Assembly (NCBI GenBank): GCA_012862495.1 | Contig: BLSG01000375.1 | Coordinates: 124,001-188,000 of the forward strand | Direction of reading: 5' to 3' | Source: Thraustochytrium aureum | Lineage: Eukaryota | DNA length: 64,000 bases | Shown here: positions 1 to 10,896 of the stretch, one piece after another | How positions within the stretch are numbered: the stretch's first letter is position 1 | Layout: each line of letters begins with the position of its first letter | Program-made: the position numbers and the translations under genes | The notes under the pieces: model-generated | What the model was told of the DNA's origin: nothing | What the model saw: the letters and a program-made list of their open reading frames with translations, nothing else | Database searches by the model: none

Positions 1-1
1 C

Positions 2-1708
2 ATCGGGTGGGACATCGCGTTCCAGTTCGAGTCCATCGAGCTCACCCACGAGCGCGACCCGGCCCAACGCGACGTCGTGCTGTACCTGCCAGATATGATG
101 ACCGTGTTCGACAAGCAGCTCAACCAGGGCTGGACGATCGAGTACGAGTTTACCTACGCGGGCAAGAGCACGAGCGGGCTCAAGCGCGAGGGCCCCTCGA
201 GCCCCTTCAAAGGCAACATGAACCCGAGCAAGCGCCGCGACCACGAGCCGGGCGAGTACGCCAAGAGCGTCGAGAGGGCGCGCGAGGAGTTTCGCGTCGG
301 CAACCTCTTCGAGGCCGTCCTGTCGCAGACGTTTTACGAGCCGTGCTCCTCCAAGCCATCCGAGATCCTCGCCACGCTCCGCGAGCGCAACCCCTCACCC
401 TACCTGTTCTGTATCAACCTGGGCGAGCAAGAGTGGCTCGTGGGAGCCAGCCCGGAGATGTTTGTGCGCGTCGAGCGCGGCGAGGACGGGCTACAGGTTC
501 TCACTTGTCCGATTTCGGGCACCATCAAGCGCGGCGAGAACGCGCTCGAGGACGCGGAGCGCGTCAAGGAGATTCTGGCCAACCGCAAGGAGGAGAGCGA
601 GCTGACCATGTGCACCGACGTGGACCGCAACGACAAGTCGCGGATCTGCAAGCCAGGCAGCGTGCAGGTGATCGGGCGGCGCCAGATCGAGACCTACAGT
701 ACCCTGCTGCACACCGTGGACGTCGTCTCAGGCACACTTCGCGACGAGTTTGACGCCCTCGACGCGTTCTTGTCCACCGCCTGGGCTGTCACCGTCTCAG
801 GGTCCCCCAAGCTCTGGGCGATGCAGTTCGTTGAGCGCAACGAAAAGTCTGCCCGGGCCTGGTACGGCGGCGCCGTCGGCCTCATCGGCTTTAACGGCGA
901 AATGAACACGGGCATGACACTGCGAACGATCCGGCTCAAGGATGGCGTTGCCGAGATCCGCGCCGGGGCCACGCTGCTCTTCGACTCCAAGCCGGAGGAC
1001 GAGGAGCGCGAGACGGAGCTCAAGGCCTCTGCGTTCCGCGACGCCGTGCTGGCCACCAACCGCGGGGAGACCGCCGCGAAGCCGGTGCCGGAGCTGGCCA
1101 AGGTCGGCCGCGACAAGCGCGTGGTGCTCATCGACCACCAAGACTCGTTCGTGCACACTCTTGCCAACTACGTTCGGCAAACAGGGGCAGAGGTGTCCAC
1201 TGTGCGCTTCGGCATCCCGCGCGAAGACCTGGTCGCTATGCGGCCCGACCTCGTCATCATGAGCCCCGGTCCGGGCAAGCCCAGCGACTTCAAGTGCTCG
1301 GACACGCTCGCCATGCTGATCGACCTCAAGATCCCTGTGTTTGGGGTCTGCCTCGGCCTGCAGAGCATGGTCGAGCATTTTGGGGCCACTCTCGACATCC
1401 TGCCGTACCCGATGCACGGCAAGCCGTCCAAGATCCGGACGGTTGGCACGAGCAAGTGGCGCATATTTGAGGGGCTCAAGCACGAGTTTACAGTTGCGCG
1501 CTACCACTCGCTGTACGGCGAGCGCACTTCCATCGAGGCCTGCGATTCGCTCAACATCATCGCCGAGCTTGATGACGGCACGGTGATGGCGATAGAGCAT
1601 GACACGCTGCCGATGGCCGCCGTGCAGTTCCACCCAGAGAGCATCCTCACCCGATCTGCTGACGGCCTGGGCATCTTGTCCAATGCGCTCTCCAACCTCA
1701 AGTATTAG
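2..1708 (+). CDS. trpEG: Fused anthranilate synthase component I+II (TrpE-TrpG), 5' truncated by the window edge
   Basis: The frame is open from base 2 (IGWDIAFQFESIELTHERDPAQRDVVLYLPD). Chorismate-binding motifs: NPSPYLF, GASPEMFVRVE, CPISGTIKRG, KEESELTMCTDVDRND, WYGGAVG, RAGATLL. These are followed in the same ORF by a class I glutamine amidotransferase (DHQDSFVHTL, SPGPG, GVCLG, RYHSL, QFHPES). Confidence 0.95.
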   Translation: MGWDIAFQFESIELTHERDPAQRDVVLYLPDMMTVFDKQLNQGWTIEYEFTYAGKSTSGLKREGPSSPFKGNMNPSKRRDHEPGEYAKSVERAREEFRVGNLFEAVLSQTFYEPCSSKPSEILATLRERNPSPYLFCINLGEQEWLVGASPEMFVRVERGEDGLQVLTCPISGTIKRGENALEDAERVKEILANRKEESELTMCTDVDRNDKSRICKPGSVQVIGRRQIETYSTLLHTVDVVSGTLRDEFDALDAFLSTAWAVTVSGSPKLWAMQFVERNEKSARAWYGGAVGLIGFNGEMNTGMTLRTIRLKDGVAEIRAGATLLFDSKPEDEERETELKASAFRDAVLATNRGETAAKPVPELAKVGRDKRVVLIDHQDSFVHTLANYVRQTGAEVSTVRFGIPREDLVAMRPDLVIMSPGPGKPSDFKCSDTLAMLIDLKIPVFGVCLGLQSMVEHFGATLDILPYPMHGKPSKIRTVGTSKWRIFEGLKHEFTVARYHSLYGERTSIEACDSLNIIAELDDGTVMAIEHDTLPMAAVQFHPESILTRSADGLGILSNALSNLKY

Positions 1709-2708
1709 AGCCCTTACGTACTTAGCCGCGGCACCAACCTACTTTGCCCACTTTGACGTTCGTTTCCCACTTGGCGCCGTTCGCAGCACGGCGTTCTGCA
1801 AGGGCCGATTCGGGGCTCGCCATGCTCTAGCCAGAGGTTGACCTGTGCTTGTGGAGCTCGAGCAAAATTACCACTACACGAGTATGCTCGTTCAAACCAT
1901 CGCAACTTGATTCGCAAGCGCACTTGGGCTGGACAACGATGCCGCCGTCATGCAAAGTTTGGGCGAGCCGGTCGTCATGGGCAAGGCCCAATCTCGCAGC
2001 CCAACTCCTCGCCGCCTTTGCGAAAGAGTGCGACCACCGCAACGACCGTGACACCATAGAAATACGGCACCAGTGCAGCCTTCAGGCTGGCAGCAGCGTC
2101 CCGAAGTAAGTGGATGGGATGGGGCGTCCAGCCAGCTCGATCGGGGCTCGACCGCGCGCACCGCTCTGTATGCGGACCTCAGAGCCCCCTTTTGGGGTAA
2201 ACTTTCCGTCGAATGCTATTGACGATCCATCCGCGCATGGTGTTGCTTACTGGGCTAACCGTGACCATGAGAAAGACGCGAAGGGCGGCAGCCCGTGACG
2301 GGACGTCACTGCGCGCGATGCACTCGCTGGATCACCTCGATCACCTCTAAGGCGTAACGGAACTATTCGATTGAATGTTTAAATCGATTAAATGACATTC
2401 AACCCGGCCAGAATTGCTGGACACCAGAGCGTCCAAGACGCCGTCAAACACAATCGACCGCAGCGAGACACTCGAGCTGGACCGCAGAGCATTTCTGTAC
2501 GCCGCGAACTGAAGACGGGGTTGACGCGATTGCGCTGCTCGGCCTCCTGGCGCGCTGCGGGAGTTTGGACCGCTGGGCTAGCGCGGGCGTTTCGGGCGGG
2601 GTGGAGGCGCGACACACCTAGTTGCCCTTGCGCTCGCTCCCGCTGTCTCCTGCGGCTTGTGTGCTCGCGATCCTGGTGGTTCACGGCGCTGCGCCAGCTG
2701 TTCACATC

Positions 2709-3581
2709 ATGTCGCGCCCCGAGCACACGGCGCCGCCCGAGGTGTTCTATGACGAGAAGGAGGCCAGCAAGTATGCCGGGAGCTCGCGGATGCAAAACAT
2801 TCAGCGGCAGATCTCAGAGCGCGCGCTGGAGCTTCTCAACCTCCCGCCCGGTCAGCGCGGTTTCCTGCTCGATGTAGGCTGCGGGACGGGCATGTCTGGC
2901 GCCGTCCTCGAAGAGCACGGGCACACGTGGGTCGGCATCGACATCAGCGAGAGCATGCTCAAGATCGCTGGCGAGACTATCAAGGATGACGAGTCGAACG
3001 GGGACGTGGCCCTGGCCGATATGGGGTCGGGCCTGTGCTTCCGCGGTGGCGTCTTTGACGGCATGATCAGTATCTCGGCCGTGCAGTGGCTGTGCTATTC
3101 CAACCACAAAGAGCACGTGCCTCGGCTCCGGCTTCGCCGCTTTTTCCAGCAGCTGTACATGAGCCTTCGTCGCGGGGCGCGCGCCGTGATCCAGCTTTAC
3201 CCAGAGACGCCGCAGCAGATGGAGCTCATCACCAACATGGCCATGTCGGTCGGCTTCACCGGAGGCGTCGTCATCGACTATCCCAACTCGGCCAAGGCGA
3301 AGAAGATGTACCTTGTGCTCATGTCAGGCCCGCCGCAGTCCCTGCCAAAGCCCAAGGAAGAGGAGGAGCCCGCCTCGTTTTTCCACCCGGGCCGAGCGAC
3401 AGAGGCAGCTTTCGAGGGCTCACGACGCGGCTTTCAGGGGAAGAAGCGCGAACGCCGCGCAACTACCAACGTCAAGTCACGAGAATGGATCATGCAAAAG
3501 AAAGACCGCCAGCGCAAGCAGGGCAAGGAGGTCCGCGCGGACTCAAAGTACACCGCCCGCAAGCGCCGCGGAAAGTTCTAG
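2709..3581 (+). CDS. BUD23: 18S rRNA m7G methyltransferase BUD23/WBSCR22
   Basis: N-terminus MSRPEHTAPPEVFYDEKEASKY, SAM motif LLDVGCGTG, ISISAVQWLC, GFTGGVVIDYPNSAKAKK, and C-terminus WIMQKKDRQRKQGKEVRADSKYTARKRR. Confidence 0.96.
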   Translation: MSRPEHTAPPEVFYDEKEASKYAGSSRMQNIQRQISERALELLNLPPGQRGFLLDVGCGTGMSGAVLEEHGHTWVGIDISESMLKIAGETIKDDESNGDVALADMGSGLCFRGGVFDGMISISAVQWLCYSNHKEHVPRLRLRRFFQQLYMSLRRGARAVIQLYPETPQQMELITNMAMSVGFTGGVVIDYPNSAKAKKMYLVLMSGPPQSLPKPKEEEEPASFFHPGRATEAAFEGSRRGFQGKKRERRATTNVKSREWIMQKKDRQRKQGKEVRADSKYTARKRRGKF

Positions 3582-3970
3582 CCATGCCGAGGGACTGCCG
3601 TCTCGATTGTGATCTCCTCCCCAAACCAAACGTGCTTGCCCATTGTACCCGCTCGCCCAGCCCTCTGCCGTTCTCTTTTGAGTCGCACGCTATCGCCCAG
3701 CCCAGGACTTGACGCGACCGGCTCCGCGCCTTTCCCGCATGCAGTGTCCACAAAAACCGAATCTACCCAACTTGCCGAGCCACCAATCGGCGCGGCAGCG
3801 GTAGTCCATGAGTCCGCGTTAGGGACCAAGCCACGAACCACTCCAACCCGTTGGCCAGCTGCGCAACAAACACCCTTGCTGATTCAATTCTTGACAGCAG
3901 TGCAGCTGCGCCAAGCCACATGCAATGAGCCCCTTGTCGACACAAACGCCTCTCCAGCTCGAGCAACAAG

Positions 3971-4030
3971 CCTTCTTGCAAAGCTTTCTTGCAGCGCTTT
4001 TCTTGCAAGCTTTTCTTGCAGCTTCCTTGC
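3971..4030. repeat. Short imperfect tandem repeat, about 5 units with a TTCTTGCA core
   Basis: ccttcttgca aagctttcttgca gcgcttttcttgca agcttttcttgca gcttccttgc. Confidence 0.6.
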
Positions 4031-4284
4031 GCGCAGGCCTGGCGTGCAGATCAGATGAGCCCTCAGCGTTGAGCGAGCGGGCGCGCCAACTCGGAGTAGC
4101 AATCGTTTTTGTAACTTGACCGCATCGTTCGCGCAACCTTGCAAAGCATGAGCCACCGATCTTGCAGCTTGACGAGACCAAACCCGCCGCCATCGGGCAT
4201 CCATCGAAGCTCTTTCGACGCGGATCTCTCGAGAGGTACCGCGCTCTAACCTGTAGACACAGCGCCCCGAGCAAGCTGCGGGCA

Positions 4285-4757
4285 ATGGAGGCGTCGGGCA
4301 ACGCAGATTTTGCGACTGGGTGCGTGGACTCGGGCGCCCTCGGCGCGACAACCCCCAAAGCGCAACGTCGCGACCAAGCGATTGTGCAAAAGGTGGGCTC
4401 CGGCGGCGTTTGGGAGGATGTCGTGGGCTACAGCCGGGCGATTCGGACCGGAGACTCGGTTCACGTCGCAGGCACGACCGCTGCCGGCAGCGACGCAGAG
4501 GCGCAAGCTGACGCGGCTTTTGATGCAATTGAGAAAGCGCTGCTTGAGCTCGGCAGCCGGCTCGACCAAGTGATCAGGACGCGCATGTTGTAGTGGATAT
4601 CAAGCGCGACTGGGAGGCGGTTGGCAGAGTCCATTCCAGGAGGGTAGGCGCAGCTCGCCCGGTTGCCACCATGGTCCAGGTTGCCGCGCTCATCGACCCA
4701 TCGCTCCTGGTGGAGATCGAGGTCGAGGCGTTCAGCCCGGTCGCGCGATTGGAGTAA
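4285..4757 (+). CDS. Rid (YjgF/YER057c/UK114) family protein; apparent 1-nt frameshift at ~4588
   Basis: GSGGVWEDVVGYSRAIRTGDSVHVAGTTA...QVIRTRM, continuing in another frame as (F)VVDIKRDWEAVGRVHSRRVGAARPVATMVQVAALIDPSLLVEIEVEA...LE*. Adding one T to atgtt(t)gta joins the two parts. Confidence 0.85.
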
Positions 4758-5387
4758 ACAACGAGCCCGCGCTGGGTGAGCGGTCGCGCCACGAGCTCTT
4801 TGTTTCTCGTGGGTGTTGTAGGGGGAGGGAGGCGAACAAGCAAAGGACACATGTTGCTGATCTATTATCTAACAGGACAAAAAGTCCGGGCGGCTGGTGG
4901 ACCAAGGCGCTTGTCGGCTGCACGGGGCTGAAGTTTCCCCCCGATGCGGCTACATCGCGCTGTTGGGTTTTCCGTGGAAAGGCGCACCCACCCTGCGGCG
5001 ACGGCGGCCGTCTACAAAGAGGCGCCGACCCGCTGCGCACCATACTAATACCACTCCACCAAAAGCCAAACGCACAGGCAGCAGACCGAGCAGGAAGCAG
5101 CAACTGGAGCAGCAGACAGAAAGCTCACGCTTCGGGAGCAGCAGNNNNNNNNNNNNNNNNNNNNNNNNNNNNNNNNNNNNNNNNNNNNNNNNNNNNNNNN
5201 NNNNNNNNNNNNNNNNNNNNNNNNNNNNNNNNNNNNNNNNNNNNNNNNNNNNNNNNNNNNNNNNNNNNNNNNNNNNNNNNNNNNNNNNNNNNNNNNNNNN
5301 NNNNNNNNNNNNNNNNNNNNNNNNNNNNNNNNNNNNNNNNNNNNNNNNNNNNNNNNNNNNNNNNNNNNNNNNNNNNNNNNNNNNNNN

Positions 5388-7297
5388 CGTTGACGTGAAC
5401 TTAAACTCAAAGTCCTCCTCCCAAACGCAATTGTACCCGTTGTCCTCGACCGTACTGGTGATGGCAACCTGTTTGAGCCCTGTCCCGTTGTTGCAGTAGA
5501 CGCGAACGCAAGGCTGCGTGACGCCCAAGGCTCGCGGGATCCTGCACCCAGACAGAACCGTTACAAAGAGAGACCTGGCATACTCGACAGGAAAGTCCTG
5601 GTAGAGGTCGACAAACCCCGGAAAGTTGTTGAAGAGCGTTCGCGGCAGCCGCGGCACAAAGCCGTGGTTGTTCTGCTGCTTGAAGAGGCTCATGCTTTGA
5701 AGGCTGGCCTCCGAGCGCGTCCCGACGTCCACCGGCACCATCTGCGCGCCATAGCGCCAACCTCGGAGCGGCTCGACCTCCTCTTGGCGCTCCTCCATCA
5801 CAATGGTGGAAGTCTTTGCGAGAACAAGCTCGACCATGTCGGTAGGGCGCAGCTCGCTAAACTGCACGATGTGCCTCGTGTCCTGGTCGAGCGAGCCGTC
5901 GTACTCTACGCTTGCGTTTTTGAGGTTGCCCTGCTTTTCGCGCAGCATGCGCCGCTTTTTGGTCTGCACGTGCACGAGCAGCATGTCGGTGATGGACGAA
6001 AGCTCCATGATGTGCGCGCATAGTTCTGCTGAGGTTAGCGTCAGCACGACGTCCTGAAGGAGCTTGCGCAGCTCGGACCTCGACTTTGCCTGGTCGAGGA
6101 TGGGCCTGATCTCGTACACGGTAACCATGCGCATATGCGCAATAGCTATGAGCTTGGGGCTCAACTGCTTGAGCGCCTCTGCAGGAATGATGGGCTCGGA
6201 GATGGGCAACGACTCCTCGATGGCCTCGGGCAACACCGTTCTGGGGGACACGACGAGGACTTTGCCGTCGAGCTGCAGGGGCGACCAGATTGTGCCGTCC
6301 GCGTTTGGCTTTGGGCAGTCGATCCGCTTTCCGAGGACCTCGCAAACCACTCTGCCGCACGATCCTGCGTCGCTTCGTCGCAATCCGCATCCACGGTGAG
6401 GACGAGGATCATCGGCATGCACCTGATTTTGTTGCCCGTGGACGCGCAGACAGAGTCGCGCGCCACCGCCGGGTCGTACGTTTCCTCTATGGCCTTGATC
6501 ATCCTTCTCAGCGCGCTTTGCAGCGTGGGAAGCTCGTCAACATTGGTGCCAACGGGATAGATGTCGCCCATACATCTGGGCTCCCCGTCCGAGGCGCCTC
6601 CGCTGCACTCGAGCTCGATGACGCGAGCCCCCCGTGCAATGGTGCCCATGAGTTTTTCTATCGCTTCGTCTGGCGTTTTGCAGTCCTCGACGTCGGGAAT
6701 CTTGCCGACGCAAACGAAATACTCGGAGATGGGTCGATCGAAGCGCTGCAGGGCGTTGAGGCCCGGATGAAACGCAGAGTTTGCTGGGCCGAGCAAAAAC
6801 TCAGAGAAGGCCGCCGCGGTTTTTGGGAGCGACTTTTGCGGGCTGTATCGGACAACTTCCTCCTCGACGACCGCAATCATGCCCTCTGAGTAGCCCTGAA
6901 AGTCGAGGAGGAACTCGCTCCAGACCTGCTCGTTCATCGTCTCGCGGTCTTTTAGCAGCGCCGCGTAGATGGCCCCGATCGAGGGGTTGTACGACAGGTC
7001 GCTGTAGATGTGCGCGAGCTGCTTTAGGCTCAGCGCGCTCTCTTGCACGCCATAGTAGGTCTTTAGCAGCGGGATGGTCACGTTCGTGTTGAGCTTGTCG
7101 TGGAAGAGCCTGATGGCCTCCTCGACCGAGTAGGTCGCTTCGCCGAACACGCCGGCTATCTCCTCATACCAAGGCGACCGCTGGGCCTTTTCTGTCTGAA
7201 ACTTTACCCTTATCTTGTAGCTGGTTTGCGTCTCGCATGGCTGCCTCTGGACCACTGGGGTGCTGTTCTTCCTCAGTGCCGAGCCGCCACCGCCCAT
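5388..7297 (-). CDS. Phosphoinositide phospholipase C-like protein (EF-like, X, Y and C2 domains), probably catalytically inactive; frameshift ~6343; 3' end lies in or beyond a gap
   Basis: X-box-like: FDRPISEYFV...ARGARVIELECSGGASDGEP, PMILVLTV, WSPLQLDGKVLV. Y-box-like: YGAQMVPVD...LFKQQNNHGFVPR. C2: LFVTVLSG...TSTVEDNGYNCVWEEDFEF. N-terminal MGGGGS resembles a myristoylation motif. Confidence 0.8.
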
Positions 7298-8584
7298 CCT
7301 GCCCCGCCTCGCCCGAGCTCTACGCCGGGGGCTCCAGCCGTATCGCCGCTCTGTGGCCTTCGCGCCGCCTCTTCGCTAGCCGTCCTGCCCAGCCGCGCTC
7401 AGTGCGGCGGTGAGTGGACAGTCTGCGACGGCGCGCCACGGTTTTGGGTGGACCGAGCGCCGCGAGAGCCCTGCCAGCGAGATTGCGGCGTGGGCTTTTG
7501 TAGCCGCCTTCCGCTCGACCAACTTGTACGCAACGCCGTGCCGAGCCCTCGCGTGCGCGCGTCAATGCCGTCGCCGCGACTGCCTCTCGATGCTCCGCTC
7601 GATGTGCACAAATCCGCTAGATCCGTTGGCCTCCTATCACAAGGTGACGACGGCAGGTGAGGTCCTGCCGCCTCTGCGGCAAGACGAGGAGCAGGGGCTG
7701 GAGCAGGGGCAACAGGAGGCGTCCGTGTCTCGAGAGAGGCCCGACACGTGGCAGTATTGCTTGCTGTGGCTGGGCGTGGCCCGCGCGACGCGGCTCTCGG
7801 AGATCGATCGATGCTCAGCCTCCTCCGCGATTTTGTTTCGCTTTTCCTTTTTTTCTTTTTTCGCTCACCTTGTTGATAGGGGGAGGACGCGGAGAGGCCG
7901 CCGCGGAGACCGCGCGTCGGTGGGGAGAGCTGGTGCGAGGGCGTCCGGGCAAAGCATGGAGATGCCTTTGCGCGCTGGTTCTCCTGGTCCCTCTATTTTT
8001 GTTCTGCTTGAGAGGGCAGTCTCCATCCATCAATCGGCGATGTCTGGCGGTGACTCTCGTCCAAATGTGTTGACGCCGTCTCCGAGCCGCAATTGATGAC
8101 CATGATCACGCTTGGGAGATCAACTCGCGCGGCGCCTTGGCGACGTAGAGGCGAGTCGTGCTCAGGCATTGAGAATGCCACTCCGCTTCCTGGATTGCTC
8201 AAGAAAAAACAAATCCGTTGGTGTTGGCTGGGCTGTGGAGTCTCGGCGCGGCAAAGCCAGCTTGGTGGTTTCGCTTGAATAAACCGCCTTGGCGGTTGCC
8301 AGAGTCCCCCGCTGGCGGTCAGAGCCAACTCGTGCTGGGCTGCGCGAGCTTTCGGAGGATCGAGCGAGGAGCATCACTCGAGTCCCTTGCGCGCCGCCTC
8401 GGCCATCACGCATTAGAGAGACTGGGCAACGACGGGAAAGCCGTTTGAGGGTCCACAAGTGTCAGCACTGACAGAGAGACTCCGCATTACAAAGCTATCG
8501 GGGATTACATTTTCAGTGGCGGCCGCTCCCGCCGCGAAGCCGGCTCGAGAGCTGGGCCACCTTGTACTCGCGTCAACGCGCCTT

Positions 8585-10896
8585 CTAATGGTCATCGTCG
8601 TCCTCCTCGTCGCCTGCCTCGCTCGCGCCATCCGTCGGGGCCTCAGCGCGCGAGATGGACGCCAAGGAAGCCGGAAGTACGTTTCGGAGGACCCAGGCCG
8701 GCGTCGCAGCGTGAACTTGCTTGATGCGCTTGGTCCAGTGGCTGAGAGCGTTAATGTCCGAGGCGAGAAGCGCCACTTCAGAGGCCAGGCCAGGCCAGTT
8801 TTGGGCCCCGACGTGCTCAGCCATGCGCTTCCAGGTCGGTGCCATCCGGCTCCACACCGTGCCGGATCGAGCGCGCTTGCCGGCCTTGTCAACCTCTTTC
8901 GCCACGCGCTCCCACTGCGTCTTCCAAAGGCCTTGGAACTCGTTGCCGCGCTTTGGTATCGTTCGCAACGCGGAGAGCAGCAACTTGAACTGCTCCCCGT
9001 TCGGGTTGAGGCTCTCGGCAAGCCTTTCGGCCTGAGCCCTGAGCGAGGCGCCCTCCTTTTGGCTGGCCAGCACGGAGGAGGCGATTTTGTTGACCGTCGA
9101 CTTCCACTCCCCGTTTCGGAGTTGGTGCGGGCGCGTCCTGGCGGCGAGCAGCAGGGCCTTGAGGGTGGTTAGCAGGATGCGGAGCATGGAGGGCTCGGCG
9201 GTGCTCTCGTTCATGAGCATGAGCCGCAAGATAGAGAAGCCGTTGTCCTCCTCGCCGAAGAGCAGCATGCGAATAAAGGAGATCCCGGGCCCGCCGTCCT
9301 CCTCGCCAATAAGCATCCACTGCATGAGCGAGACGCCGTTTTCGTTGCCCGCCTTGAGCGTCGCGCCGAGCCGCAAATAGCCGTCGGAAAAGTCGACACA
9401 CGTGCCGAGCATGAGCCGAGCGAGCGAGTCCTCGCCCTCCAGCTCGCCTTGGAAGAAGAGGTCGGCGATTGAGGGCTTGCCTGCCGTCAGCAAGTCCATG
9501 AGCGAGCGCCGCTCCTTGGGCGGCGCTGCGTTGCCAGCCGCCCCCGTGCGCTTGCGGAAGGAGCTGGCCGATCGCAGGAGGCCGGGCCGCGTCGGCTTGT
9601 ACTTGAAGAAGAGGAGGCGCATGAGCGAGTGTTGGTCCGGGCGCGCCTCGCCCGCGATGAGCATGCGGAGGAGCGAGGGACGCCCCATGTGCTCGCCACC
9701 AAAAATGTATGTTGAGAGCGCGGGGCGGTGGCCCTTGTGGTTTTCAAAGTTGGTCAAGGCCATGCGCGCGAGCGAGAGCCCGTTCTCCGTGCGCGCTTCT
9801 ACATACCGGCGGAGGATGGAGGGCTGGCCCTCGCGCTCGCCCTCCATCATCAGGCTGAACAGCGAGGGCTCGCCCTGCAGCATGAGCCGCATGAGCGACA
9901 TCGGGTACGCCGGGGCGCCGTCATCGACGTCGCCTGCATCGCCGCTCGAGCCGTGCATGCCAAGCGAAAGGACGCGACGCACGCCGGGGTCCATCTTGAG
10001 CCCGACGTATTGCTCGCCCTCCAGGACTGCCTCGAACACGCTCGGGTGCTCCACCCCGTCAAAGGTGTCGCGGATCGTCAGCAGGTGCGTCAGAGACGGA
10101 TACCCGTTGACAATGTCGCGGTCGAACAGGAGCTGCACGAGCGGGGTCAGCTTGCTCGTGCTCTTGCCGAAAACTGGCGCGCAACGGACGGCGAGCCCAT
10201 GAGCAGAAGCTGGGTCAAGCTCTTGGAGGCGCGGTCTTTGGGGTCTCTGCAGCTCATCATCTGCATGGCCGAGAGCTCTGCCGCCTCGGGCGCCGTGCAG
10301 AGCTTGCGGAAAAGCGACATCGGCTCGCGCTGCTGCTCGCCGTCCAGCACGAGCCGCAAGAAGCTCGGATTGCCTCGCCACATGACGCGGAACAATATCA
10401 TGCGCTTACGCAGCAGCAGCCACAGCACGGAGGGCCGCCCCTTGCGCGCGGCGTGGAATAGAGAGGGGTTGCCTCCGAAGACGAGCCGCCGCACGTTCGG
10501 GTGCGCCACGAGTCGCAGCAGGGAAATGCGTGGCGGCGGGAGGATGGCCTGCGAGGTCTCCAGGCTCTCGATGCGCGGGCAAAAGTCAGACTCGCCCATT
10601 CCGAGGCCGACGATCATCTCGCCTGCTGGGGCGCGCAGCTGGAACGGCTCGCCGCCGCCGCCGCCATACCATTTGGACTCCCTGCCGAGGTTGGTGACGA
10701 ACTGCACGCCGTCCAGCATCTTGTTCTGGCGCCCCTTGATGCGCACAATATACTCGCGCGACTTGACGTCCAGCTCGAGCGGGGTGCAGGGCTCGCCGCC
10801 TTTGGGGTCGCCGTACGCCTTCCGCCGCCCGTCTTCAAACCGAAACTCGACATAGTCGACGTGCCGTCCCGTCCGCACGTACACAAACCGCACCCT
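8585..10896 (-). CDS. Protein with a jacalin-like lectin domain followed by many short PSLxRLxLxGE repeats; 5' end in gap; frameshift ~10172
   Basis: Jacalin-like beta-prism: VYVRTGRHVDYVEFRF...YGDPKGGE...EYIVRIKGRQNKMLDGVQFVTNLGRESKWYGGGGGEPF...GEMIVGL. A long ORF with recurring SL/SI/SF-x-R-L/M-x-L-x-GE units follows and ends in an acidic tail. Confidence 0.75.

Noticed and set aside
1710..2700. ncRNA or small gene between trpEG and BUD23
   Set aside because: No tRNA cloverleaf, rRNA or snRNA signature, or convincing ORF is visible.
2..4757. Bacterial contamination or a trp operon
   Set aside because: The eukaryote-specific BUD23 lies in contiguous, gap-free sequence between trpEG and the Rid gene, and no other trp genes are present.
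7410..8096. 228-aa + strand ORF between the PLC-like and jacalin genes
   Set aside because: It has no recognisable motif and runs through a poly-T tract; it cannot be supported without expression data.
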